Assembly: GCA_964016885.1 (NCBI GenBank)
Contig: OZ024741.1
Coordinates: 77,748,001-77,812,000, forward strand
Source: Eledone cirrhosa
Lineage: Eukaryota
DNA: 64,000 nt
Reading direction: 5' to 3'
This document shows, piece by piece, positions 41,170 through 52,985 of this stretch (positions are counted from its first letter, which is position 1; each line of letters begins with the position of its first letter). Made by a program: the position numbers and the translations under genes. Below the pieces are notes generated by a model. It had not been told where the DNA came from, did no database searches, and saw only the letters and a program-made list of their open reading frames with translations.

Positions 41170-42340
41170 ATCTTAAATTGATGATTTCCCATGTTTACAT
41201 CATAAATTGGTGATTCCCTAACATTACATTGGTGATTCCCCATGGTTACGTCATAAATTGGCGTTTCCCCAACATTATGCCATAAATTGGTGATTCCCCA
41301 TGGTTACGTCATAAATTGGCGATTCCCCATGGTTACGTCATAAATTGGCGATCCCCATGGTTACGTCATAAATTGGTGATTCCCTAACATTACATCATAA
41401 ATTGGTGATTCCTTAACATTACATCATAAATTGATGATTCCCCAACATTGTCATAAATTGGTGATCCTCAATATTACATTCATAAATTGGTGGTTCCACA
41501 GAGTTACATTCATAAATTGATGACTTCCTAATATTACATCATAAACTGATGACACCAAATGTTACATCATAAATTGAGGACTCCTCATCATGAATTCATC
41601 TCTAATATAACATCCATAAATATGTGATTCCCCCATGTTACACCATAAATTAGTGATCCATCAATGTTACATCATAAATCTGTGGTTTCCCAATGTCAAG
41701 TCATGAATTGATGGTTCTCCAATGTCATGTCACAAATTCATGATTCCCCAGTGTCATGTAACAAACTCATGATTCCCCAGTGTCATGTAACAAACTCATG
41801 ATTCCCCAGTGTCATGTAACAAACTCATGATTCCCCAGTGTCATGTAACAAATTCATGATTTCCCAGTGTCATGTAACAAACTCATGATTCCCCAGTGTC
41901 ATGTAACAAACTCATGATTCCCCAGTGTCATGTAACAAACTCATGATTCCCCAGTGTCATGTAACAAATTCATGATTCCCCAGTGTCATGTCTCAAATTC
42001 ATGATTCCTTAGTGTCATGTCACAAATTCATGATTCCTCAGTGTCATGTCACAAATTCATGATTCCCCAGTGTTCATGAATTGCCAATTTCCCAATGTTA
42101 TGTCATAAATTGGTTATTCTCTAATGTTATATACGTTTGTGGCTGCCCTACTCCCTGTGTTACATCATAAATTGGAGATTCCCAAATGTCATACGTTTGT
42201 CGCGCCTTGGTGATTTCCTCATACTATATAAGTTTGTGATTCCACCTTGTAAGTTGGTGAATCTCCCAATGTTATCTTGTAAATTCCTCATTCTCCAATG
42301 TTGTCTCATAAGTTCTTTGTACTCTCAGTGTTACCTTGTA
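41170..42340. repeat. 29-bp minisatellite with two sub-arrays
   Basis: Units CATGGTTACGTCATAAATTGGTGATTCCC (left) and GATTCCCCAGTGTCATGTAACAAACTCAT (about 41735-42070). Confidence 0.92.
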
Positions 42341-42494
42341 AGTATATAAAATTGTGATTAGAAATTATTCTTCCCCTACCCTCCTGTCTAAGCAATAAAA
42401 ATACCTAAGTTTTATCATGAGATATTAAAGACTATTAAAACACTTTCAAGGTAACATTTCAACATCCTTGTTATTGTTATTTTCAACATTTAAT

Positions 42495-42690
42495 GGCGGT
42501 GGATTGGCAGCGGCATTAGAGCGTCAGAGAAACACATAGCAGTATTTGTTTGGGTTCTATGTTCTGAGCTCAAATTTCGCCACGGTTAACTTTGCCTTTC
42601 ATCCTTCTAGGATCGATAAAATAACATACCGGTCAATTACTGGAGTTGATATAATCAACTATTCCCTTCCTCCAAATTATTTGCATTGCT
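42495..42690 (+). mobile_element. Same SINE family, older copy (others at about 18590-18810, 43145-43325, 56580-56765, 56900-57100 minus, 63430-63510)
   Basis: GGCGGTGGATTGGCAG head and TTTGCCTTTCATCCTT..GATAAAATAA core. Confidence 0.75.
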
Positions 42691-43609
42691 GAAGCCTTTT
42701 AATAAAATGTATTCTTTTTTTTATGTAATGACACAGCAACACTCAGATTTGTTTTTGATTGTTATGTGATCATAACTTACATATTAGACTTCTTGGCTAT
42801 GTAAACAACAATTGATAATGTCTCCTAAGATTCAAGGTATTTTAAGGTCTGGTGATTTCTTTCAGTTTCTTGGCATTAATTGGATAATAAATCTTCCACT
42901 ATATAATAAACTAGTCTATTTCAGTTAACATTACTAGGGGATTGGGTACCTATGACTTTTGAATACTTAATTTCCATTGTGTTTGGGATCAATTGTGAGG
43001 TGGTCAGAAAATTACCAGTCATACATTGAGGTTGATTTCATTAACTATATTCCTTTCCTATCTATTACTGACCATTTCTGCTAACATAATTCCTCTGCAT
43101 CCATGGAAAATTAGTTACTGATGATGATTTTCTTTTCTTTTGATTGGCAGTGTTCTTAGAGCATCTGACTTAGTTGCAACTCTTTACGTTCTGAGTTCAA
43201 ATCTGGTCGAGTCAGAATTTTTCTCTCCAAGTTCGATAAAATAACTACCGTTCAAGTACTGGGGTTGATTTAATTGATTAACATCTCCCCTCGAATTTGT
43301 GACCCTGCATCTAAGTTTGAAATTTCTATTATTAATACATTGGTCTTCAGTTCTTTGCCTGCTTTAGATTTTTTGAAGATGTCCAATTTTAGTATACCAA
43401 GTACAAATATTTGCCTATTTCAGAATCATGTGTATCTATTGTATATTATACATACATAAGTCATAACACATACAAGCACACACACTCTTTCTCTTCCCCT
43501 TTAATTCAAAATGTAAGGATGTATGCGTTTGTATTAGTTGCTTTTTATTTTATTCATTGTAAATGATACTTTGACTAATTTCTCCTTATTTCTGCTTATC
43601 TCTTTGCAG

Positions 43610-43777
43610 TCCATTCAAGGAAATTCCATCAGACAAAAGGTCTCACCACTCACAGCATTCTCACCAGCCTATGTCCAAGCAGCATTATACTGATTCATGC
43701 TCCTCCTCTCGCTCTCCACCATCCGTGGCTGGACTCAGTACAGACTGTGAAGATTATGGGGAATTAGTTGTCCTTGG
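43610..43777 (+). CDS. PELI: Pellino coding exon (N-terminal region, ends ...EDYGELVVLG)
   Basis: Polypyrimidine tract + TTTGCAG acceptor and GG|GTAAGA donor. The 168-nt open frame PFKEIPSDKRSHHSQHSHQPMSKQHYTDSCSSSRSPPSVAGLSTDCEDYGELVVLG ends in the Pellino YGEL(I/V)VLG motif. Its phase-2 end joins the next exon. An in-frame ATG lies at 43671. Confidence 0.88.
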
Positions 43778-44069
43778 GTAAGATTAAGCAAATTTCAGTT
43801 TTTTAACTCTTATTGTCCTGTACCACACAAAACTGTATTAACAAAACATTCTTGAAAAGAAAAAGTATAAAACATCACTGACTGCATCACAGTTTTTACC
43901 CTAATAGTGTAAACTTCACAATGGTCTGTCCACTATTAAAGATACTATAAATATCTGAATTAACACACCCATTTTTAGATATTTTCTACTAAATCATTAC
44001 AGGATGTTAAGAATTAATATTTTTTTTCTTTCTATTTTTGTTCTGTTTTCAAAGGTTTTAGTTTTTGTC

Positions 44070-45290
44070 TTCTTCACCCACTTATTCCTGAGAGGGTCAT
44101 GGAGGCAGAGTCCTCAAACACTCCTCTCAGCGGGTCCTTTCAGAAGCAACCGTCTCCAACTGATCCAACTGGATCCCCAAGTGAGACCAGCCAAGCTCAT
44201 GGATGTTATCCAACCATCTTGCTCGGGGTCTACCCCTGGGTCTCCTGCCGGTTGGTTTTGCCTGTAAAATCTGTCCAGCAATTTCTGAGATATTCTAACC
44301 ACATGCCCATAGTATTGGAGCTGTAATCTCTCAATTCGGAGAAGTAGCTACTCTACCTGTGACTCTCTGATCCGCGAGCTATTCACTCTATCGAGTAATG
44401 TTACTGTAAGGACCCTTCCAAGGAACCTGAATGCTAAAGCATTTATATAGAGTCATCAGGGCAGCAAGAAGCTGACCATCAATCCCATACTCCTGCAGAA
44501 CCTTCCATAGCAGGTCCCGAGGAATGCCGTCATGCTTTTTGAGGTCTACAAAACAAGAATATACCTCATTGCAATACACTGTTGAATATTTGGTTGGCCG
44601 TGCTGCTGTTCATCAGCTAACTTGGACTCAAGAATCTACTTGCATCTCTTTGCCAGACACTTAGCATAACTTTACTAGGGAGGCTTAACAAGGAGATTCC
44701 TCTGTAATTGGAATAATCTCTCTTGTCTCCCTTTTTGAAAATTGGGATTATTAATCCCAATTGCCATTGTTTACGTGCCTTTCCAGAGATCCAGGCCACC
44801 TGGCACACACAAGTCAGTAAAGATTTTATCTCACTTAATATCGAATCTACGAGATTTTGCTGTTATTTATTTTGAGAACTATACCATAACTTTGGTATGA
44901 GCAGCCGGTTGTGGTTGATTTGAACAGAAAGAGGTGAGAGAATTCTGGCCGGATATAGCCGGTTTAAATGCTTTTAACATCTTGGGCCGAATTTCATCTT
45001 TCCCAGCAGCCTTGTCACAGTTGAGCTTTGTAGGCCTCCTTCTTTGACCTTTTGATTGAACCAAAGGGTCTTCCTGCCATCTGGTGCCACACCAAACCTC
45101 TTTTGCCTGCAGCATTTAACAGCTGAAGCAAAGACTATGTCTCAATGTCCTCAGTTTGCCCAGGGAGGTCTCTGAATTTGGATGCAATAGTATCTGCATA
45201 CTGGGTCCTGACTTCCTTATCCACCAACGCTCCCACTTTATCCTGTAAGTCACCCTAGATCTACCAGTGTTGTGGGCTTCTTTGCTTTAG
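44070..45290 (-). mobile_element. Degenerate RTE-clade LINE (Expander/Rex3-like), deleted and rearranged
   Basis: KAAGKDEIRPKMLK, IIPIFKKGDKRDYSNYRGISLLSLPSKV and CFVDLKK..IPRDLLWKVLQEYG motifs. Confidence 0.8.
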
Positions 45291-45335
45291 GTAGGTTTTG
45301 TTAAATATATAAATGTATCATGTGTGTTGGATGAC

Positions 45336-45556
45336 TTAACCTTCTTAACACCAATTCACTTAATAAAGTGTTAAAATTTAAATACAAATCTTGGACTGAA
45401 ATTTCATTATTATATGACAGATTAGATTTCAATAATTAAATATTTGTCTTTTATTGTTAGATATTTCGCAAAATTTCTCATAATTCTCAATTACATTGAT
45501 AATTAAAATATGAAAGTAGTATTTAGTTGCTAGAAATATGATCACAAAAGGATTAA
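45336..45556. mobile_element. Possible degenerate piggyBac-like MITE
   Basis: TTAACCTT... and ...AAAAGGATTAA ends around an AT-rich body. A similar AAAAGGGTTAA end occurs at about 16828. Confidence 0.35.
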
Positions 45557-45754
45557 GTAGAGTTCATTTTGTTGGAAGCATTCTGATCAAACTTCTAGTT
45601 CCTGCTCACTCATGTTTCTCCAGTAGATATTGATAGCTAATACCCAGCCTTATCATATGTAGATCAATCTCACCAGTTGAGGAGTACTTGCGAAGAACAT
45701 GGGGGCTTCCTCATTCCCTGATTGATAAAAAATAAATAAGATTCCCTTAGCTGC

Positions 45755-47070
45755 CAGGGGGACTCCAATGGAAACAGAAAGGCGACAAATTTATCTGCAG
45801 CAACCTCTGGGGCATCATGCTTCTCTCCATCCCAAGGTTTTCACCAAGATCCTCCTCAACTGTGCTCTTTTTGCCATCAGCAGCGGATGTTGCCCACAAG
45901 CCAGATTTATGCCAAATTGATCCATCGCTGACCACATTTCTGCCCTCCGCCTCATTATTGAAAGATCTGGGGAGTTCAATAGAGAACGTTGCTTCTGCGT
46001 CATCTTCATCGACCTCAAGGTGGCTTTCAACACGGTCGACCACGTATCCCTCTGGAAAATTCTCTAACTTGTTGGATCACCACCTTGTTCCAACGGCTCT
46101 ATAGCAATGCCGAGAGCTGTTTGCAGGTGAACGAGGACTCCAACTGGTTCCCCATCAACAGCAGGATCAGACAGGGCTGCGTGGCTGCCCTTGACCTCTT
46201 CAACTGTTTCAACGACTATCTGTTGACCAAGATCTGTGAGCAAGTTTCTGGTGTTACCTTCGGGAAGTACCACCTAACCGACCTGGAGTACGCAGACGAC
46301 ACCACTTTATTTAGCAATTCGATCAATCAGCTCAGATACGCACGGACCATTTACCAGGAGGAATCAGCAAAGCTTGGCCTTCAGGTAAGCTGGGCAAAGA
46401 CAAAGCTGATGCATGTCAGCAATGGCCCAGATCCTCCCTTGCTTCATACTGGCTCTGACGCCGTGGAGTTTGTCAGCTCCTTCATTTACCTGGGCTCGAC
46501 TGTCACTAGCTATGGAAACCTGACCCCTGAGATCAACTGCAGATGTGGCTTGGCTGCCGGAGTCATGCACTCCCTATGGAAGCCCCTTTAGCGCCATTGT
46601 CAGTCTCCCAGAAGACGAAGTTCCATATTTACAATGCATCAGTTCTCTCCATTCTGCTCTATGGAATAAAAACGTGGCCCCTGGCAAAGATGATTGACAG
46701 CTTCGATAGCAGAGCCCTGAGGACCATCAAAAACATCAGATAGAACCATCACATTTCCAACAAAGTGTTGTGTGTGTGTGCATGCATCAGCCCACAGCTT
46801 CCTACCTCATAGCTATCCAGCACATGTTCTGGTACGGACATGTCCTCTGCTTTCCACCAGATTATTACCAGAGCCTTACTCTTGTTTGGCGTAGTGGCTG
46901 CAGGCTGGAAGAGGCCCCACAGCAGATGGCTGGATATCATCAGGGAAGATCTCCGGTGGTTCGACATCACCTTGGAGGATGCAGAGGAGCTGGCAGCGAC
47001 CGCCAGCAATCGAGGGCGCTGCTGGACATGGTCGACTCTACACGTGACGATGCTTTGCAATCGCTGGTTT
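45755..47070 (+). mobile_element. Degenerate RTE/RTEX-type LINE RT fragment
   Basis: RQGCVAA.DLFN, DLEYADD, GLQVSWAKTK, FIYLGS, IYNASVLSILLYG and WLDIIREDL motifs; GC-richer than flanks. Confidence 0.85.
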
Positions 47071-47107
47071 AGGATGACCCCGGCCTCGTCGAACATGTGC
47101 AAGAAGA

Positions 47108-48130
47108 AGGGAGGATGCGCCAAAAGTGTGATAGCTAGGATAAGAACAGGCTGGAAGAAGTTTAGAGATCTATTACCACTGCTAACATGCTTTTCTCTCA
47201 GAGTAAATGGTAAACTGTATGATGCCTGTGTGTGAACTGCAATTTTACATGGCGGTGAAACATGGGCCTTGACTGTAGAAGACCTGAGGAGGGTAGAAAG
47301 AAATGAGTCAAGTATGCTCCAATGGATGTGTAATGTTAGTGTGCATGAGTGTCATAGCATAAGCAAACTGAGGGAAAAACTTAGCATGAGAGAAATTGGA
47401 TGTAATGTGCAAGAGAGAAGACTGCATTGGTATGGCCATGTGATGCACTTGGAAGATAACAGCTGCATAAAGAAATGCAGGAAACCTCAGTTGCTGGGAC
47501 CCAGGAAGACATAGGCTGAGGTTGAGAAGGCTGACCTTAAGAAACTAAACCCCACAATAGAAATGATTAAAGATCGTGAGGGCAGGCACTACAACACTGC
47601 AAGACCCGACCTGCAACATACAATTTAATCTGACCCCCACCACCACAGCTCACCAACAGCTATCCCCGACACCACTACAACTCTCACTGCACACACTCCA
47701 TGCCACCTCTTCACACACGCTCCTAACGGCTGCCCCTTTGTGAATTGGTTAGTGATGGGAATGGCATCCAACAGTGGAGGACTTGCCAAACAGTGTTGGG
47801 AGGACTCTTCAGTCCCACCAATGCGTGACAGCCTTCCTAGTGTTGGTAATCTACACAATAAATGTACTCAGTGTATGCTGTAATGTAGTTGGTGATAGGA
47901 TGGGCATCTAGTCATAGAAGGCTTGCCAAACAAAGGGTTGGGAGGACCTTCAATTGTGTCAAAGACATTACAACTTCCCCTGTGCATGACCATACATAAG
48001 CGAGACGACAGATTACTGGCTTGGCTGGGAGATGAGTAGCCACCGCTTCAGTACTGACTTGTTCTATGTAGACCTGTCCAACCCTTGCTAGCAGAGAAAG
48101 CAGATATTAAAATGATAATGATGATGATGC
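47108..48130 (+). mobile_element. Degenerate RTE 3' fragment with UTR and tail
   Basis: [33 protein letters not shown]; duplicated GGGCATCC units; (GAT)n tail at about 48112-48129. Confidence 0.8.
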
Positions 48131-48946
48131 CCTACCGCTTTTAGTTGCATATCTTTTACATTCTAAGTTTGAAAGTTCTTCCGGGGTTGACTTTGGATTT
48201 AAACTTCCTGAAGGTCCATGAAATAAGTACCAGTCATGTGCTGAGGTGGATTCAGTTAACTAGACCTTTTCTTATGCAAATTTACAACATAGTTGCACTT
48301 TAAGAAATTATTGTTGGTGGACTGACCTATCAGATTGTTTTACCAAAAGGGAATTCCATTAGTAGTGGTGGTGTTGCTGTTGATATTTTTTATTCATGAT
48401 TTTGATGTTGATGTGTCTGTTCTTGTATTTGTTTGTTAATCATTGTCATTACTACAGAAAGCCAAATTGATAGTGAATTACCAGCTGAGTGTTTTATATT
48501 GTCATTAGCACTAAGTCCTCTGAGCTAGAAATACACAAATATGTTTGAACCTTAAAGGCCCAGTCCACTGAGCTAGATGTAAGTATGACAGGTTGTGAAT
48601 ATTCATCATTGTAAGTAGCTGCTACTACCGCTGTTGACAACAAAAGGTTTCTTGCTATGAACATAAAGCCAGCTAGCTATATGATGTCTGAGTGTGAAAT
48701 GGGATAATGCATAGTAAGGAGATATAGGTAGTGAATGCAGAGGATATGTGATGGTTGGGAAAGAAATGAACTAAGTATCTTTCATTGGATGTCTTATGTT
48801 GATTTGCATGAAAGTCAATGCATGGAGAAAGAAAGAAAAAAATAGGCATAAAAGGAATCAGATGTTGAGTGCAGGAGAGAAGACCGTGCTGGTATATACA
48901 TTTAATGCATATGGATGATGATCAATGAACAAGGAAGTGTCAGAGG

Positions 48947-49279
48947 TGTGGTGGGAAAAAGCTATCTCACTTACCGCTTTTCAAAGGCGCCGCTTTGATC
49001 TCCACTGCATGGTAGTTTGAAGACCATTTCGTGTACGTCCTTCTTCCTCGGTTGGCCGTCTCTATCCACGTATCAACAGTCTCATATCGTTTTGCTCTTT
49101 TCACTAGCGCTGCTATCGTGCTGCTCCTTACTCCTCGCCTGCTTGCTTCCGACTGCCTAGCACCGGGAGATCCCAAACTTGCCTTCGCCCCGTTGCTAGA
49201 CACTACCCAAACTGGCGTTCGCCCCGTTGCTAGGCACCACTAGGCACCTGCAGCCACCGCACGCCACACTATACCCACA
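48947..49279 (-). repeat. 3' LTR (333 bp)
   Basis: Direct repeat of 52986-53364 with about 8 substitutions (counted by eye) and a 46-bp indel. Confidence 0.95.
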
Positions 49280-49339
49280 CGCCCCCTGATCTCAAGGATC
49301 AATTTCCTCCTCGTCTCTCTGCATGTGGAAGTCTGCTGT

Positions 49340-52127
49340 CTAGGTTGGTGGTCTACGACATTGTTGCGATCTCCGTAGTATTGGGGCAGGGCTCTGAGTT
49401 TCCACCTCATCTTGGGTTTCCTCTTCCTCGGAGTCCGTCGACACAGTGATTCTTCTTACATCCAGGACATGACGTGGTACCCCGTCCACGGACACATTGT
49501 TCTTTGAATTTACGGCCGTCACCGTTCCCCTTCCCCATTGAGATGTGCAACGTGCATCTGGGGGCTTAACCCAGACTTCTTCGTCCACCTGCACGAATGC
49601 ACTCTCTCTCCCCACTGGCCGTTGTGGTGGCGTGCACGGGTGCCTCCACTCGTATTTTTATACTGCTCTGTGTGGCACCGATTCCTCGACCTGTCCAACC
49701 CGAGGGGACATGTTGTACCAGAACACTGCCTCCATTGGTGAGACATGGCCCCGCTCCGCCATTGCCTTGATCGTCCGGTGGTGTCGCTCCACGATTCCAC
49801 TCCCGCTCGGCCTGTGCGCCGCTCTGAAGAAACGGTTCACCTTCCATCCATCGAGCATCTTCCTCAGTGCCTCCGAGCGGAACGCTGCACCGTTGTCCAT
49901 CAGCAGTTCGTCCACAGGGCCCCGCTCCAAGAACACCTCTCTCAACGTCCGCACGATTTCCTCGACCGTTCCAGTCCTCATCTCCCTCCATATCGCCATT
50001 CGACCTGGTCCACAGTCGACCAGCGAGAGGTACGTTCCCTGCCGGTAGTGCGTCACATCCACCGCTAATCGCTTCCACCGGGAGGCTTCCCGTTTCGTGT
50101 ACACCCGGGGCGGGATCAATGGACTGACATCGGATGCAGCCTCTAACCACTCCCTGAACACTCCCTAACGTTCGGGTCGATTCTCCTGGCTAGGAACAGG
50201 CTCCTATCCACCCCCATGTGGTGCATGTCATCCAACCCCTTCAGATCCGACTTGGTCAGCCGACACACAGCAGCTATCTCATCCTCTACTTCCTCCGGCG
50301 CTCCCATCCAGGCTTTCTTCACTCTAGTTAATATGTCCGCCCTGTTTTTCTCTGAGGGCACGAAACTACGCTCAGCCTCAGGTCGAACTCGGTGGCCAGC
50401 TCTCCTTAAGTTCCCAGGCGCCGCTTTATCAGCATCTCCGCCGCGCCTCTCGTTCGCACTCTCTTCTCACTGGTGAGCACTGATCTTACCCATCCGAGAA
50501 CAGTAGCCGAGTCGGTGCGTATCTCGATGGTGTGCAGCCCCCACCGCAGGGCGAGGTTCACTCCTCTCAGAACCACGTCCAGTTCGGCCACATTGATGTG
50601 ATTGCAGTCGTCCTTCTTTCTAAGCCAGGCTGCATCCTCGACCTCAACACCTCCTATCTCCAACGTGACACTCAGCGCTATACTGCTGGCATCGCACCAT
50701 ACGGTCCCGCTCTGTGATTTGTGAACATACCAGCGTCCCCGCACTGGGTCGTCGGCCTTCACCCTTCCCACGATCTCCTTCATCATGGCCACCGTCCTCT
50801 CTCCCACTCTGTCACTCCAAGTCACTCCTCCCGCTCGTCTCTTGACATAGCTGCATGCCGTCCGGAGCCACCCAGCGATCGGGTAGTGACCCACCAGCCC
50901 ACCAGCTTTCCGCACACCGAAAAAAGCTCCCACCTACTCATACTTTGGCCCAGTTCCGGAACTTTGTTTCCCCTCTGGAATACCAAAACGCCCGTCCTGT
51001 CTCGCCGTAGCCTAAGTCCCAGCGCGGCTTCTTCCTCCAATACTTCTGACGGCTTCGCAGTCAGTCCGTACCCCTGTAAATGGCTCGTGACCTCCGCCGC
51101 CGACACCACCGACTCGTCCACTAAGATGTCGTCAATGTAGGAGTTAGTAGCCCTCTTTATCTTGTCAGCCTTCCCCAGAACGGTCTTGAGGACCGCCGAC
51201 AAGATCTTCGGTGCGGAGCTCAGCCCGAAACCGAGCCTGGTCAGGCAATATGTCCGGCCCTTATACCTGACCAGCTGATACCGCCAGAGCTTCTCAGCTA
51301 TATGCAACTGCAAGTAAGCCGACTTTAAGTCTACGATCACTGAACCCCCCGTCATGCGTCTCCACTCACGCAGGGTTTCCCCGCAGATATCCGTGACCTC
51401 GCCACCCGTGTGGCATGACACGTGTTCGTTCAGCTCCCGATAGTCCAGCACCGGCCTCACCTTGCTCTTCGTGGGTTGCACCACCGCCATTAACGGCAAT
51501 ACTCCGCACTTCACCTCCTCCTTCCAGGGAAGCAGTATGCCCTCTTCGATCCATCTCTCTACTTCTCGCTCGAACTTGCTCCTAACGTTTCCCTTCAATG
51601 TATGTTGATAGCAGCCCACTTTGGTCTTCAGTGTTGGTGGTTCTCCCTTCCAGTACCACTCAACAACCCATCGCTGCCCATCAAACACGGCCTTGAAGTC
51701 TTTGTCCTGCACAGTGTAAGCGGGGTATTCCTCCTCATGGGCCTTCTGGTTCTCATGACGTGCACTCACTGCGCATGCCGATGCAGCGGCGCCAAACGAC
51801 ACACCGAGGTTGTCCACCGTGACGCCTCCTAAACGGCCAATCGCGTCCATGCCCATAACCACACCGATCCCATCCACCACACTGTCTACTACGATGGCCG
51901 AAAGCTTTATCCTCCTTCCCCGTACCGCTATTTCCACCTCGCTGCGACCTCGGCATTCGATTTTCCTGCCGTCGACTGCCCTTACACTGCTCTTCCCTCC
52001 CCACTTCTGCGCCACCCCCGCGGTCGCCCGTGTCCACGAGGGCTCGCTGTGGCTTCCCCCTCACAAAGACTTCCACCACGGGCAGCGCCGCTACTCGTAA
52101 GGGGCAACTACCGGCGCAGTAGTTCAC
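49340..52127 (-). pseudogene. pol: pol of the LTR element (protease, RT, RNase H, integrase), split by frameshifts
   Basis: Protease ALVDTG; RT VRPVLDYRELN, VDLKSAYLQ, LGFGLSSAP, SYIDDIL; RNase H WCDAS, HINVAEL, RTDS; integrase HH..CxxC, AVDVTH, LMDNG, GIVERHHR; spread over 6-7 ORF pieces. Confidence 0.92.
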
Positions 52128-52852
52128 CTTGGATCGTTTCCCTGGTCACAGTTAGTAGCGATGTGGTCTGGTCGCTTACACCGGTAGCAAATTATCTCCG
52201 GCCTCAACTCTCTACAGTCTCTAGCCATGTGCGGACCGTGGCAACGAAAACAGCGTCCTCTAAACGTTCGCGTGCGACCGCGTGCCGAGGTTGCCTCCCT
52301 TTCACCGTTTCGCTGCCAGGTGTCCTGAGCCTCCATAGTTGCTATCGACGCAACACTCTTTTTGGCATCTTCTGCTATGATCCGGGCTTGTTCCACCAGT
52401 GAATGCATTTCCATCTCTTTATAACCCGGGACTTGCTGCAGCCTCACCGCTATGTCGTCTGGAAATCCATTAATGAACGCCAACCGCACCATGCGTTCGC
52501 ATTCCGCCTGATAACCAGCCAACATGGCCAACCGCCTTATTTCCGCTGCGAAAATGTCGACGCGTTCACCATTCCACCTAATTCTCGCCAGCTTAGCAAA
52601 AGCTGCCAACGGTCCCTCGGCGAATGCATCTATCAGACGCCGCTCAATCTTCTGCGCATCTCTTTGGCTGTGCTCGTCCAACTCAAGGAAGAGTACCAGC
52701 ACGTCTCCCTCGAGGTAGAGTACCATTAGGCCAGCCACATCCTCTATCTTCTGCAAGCTTGCGACCAGCCGAACTTTCCGCAACCAAGCGATTACATCAC
52801 CCTCCCCGGTAAATGCCCTGATGGCTTCGCTCGTCCGTAGTCTTGTCGCCAT
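52124..52852 (-). CDS. gag: Gag of the LTR element (242 aa, two zinc knuckles)
   Basis: Intact ORF; knuckles CFRCHGPHMARDC and CYRCKRPDHIATNC near the C-terminus. Confidence 0.88.
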   Translation of the reverse strand: MATRLRTSEAIRAFTGEGDVIAWLRKVRLVASLQKIEDVAGLMVLYLEGDVLVLFLELDEHSQRDAQKIERRLIDAFAEGPLAAFAKLARIRWNGERVDIFAAEIRRLAMLAGYQAECERMVRLAFINGFPDDIAVRLQQVPGYKEMEMHSLVEQARIIAEDAKKSVASIATMEAQDTWQRNGEREATSARGRTRTFRGRCFRCHGPHMARDCRELRPEIICYRCKRPDHIATNCDQGNDPR

Positions 52853-52985
52853 CCTCTGATTTGTCTAGCGGTAAGTGACACCAAAAAAAAAACAAACCAA
52901 CAACAGACTCCTCTCTGTTTTTCCAGTAGCTTTTTCTTCTTTCTTCATTGTTCCGTCAAATCTGTTTCCAGTGGCCGAAATAGCT

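Noticed and set aside
48967-49243. ORFs duplicated at 53006-53318
   Set aside because: They lie within the LTRs and their ends differ between the two copies; no evidence of coding function.
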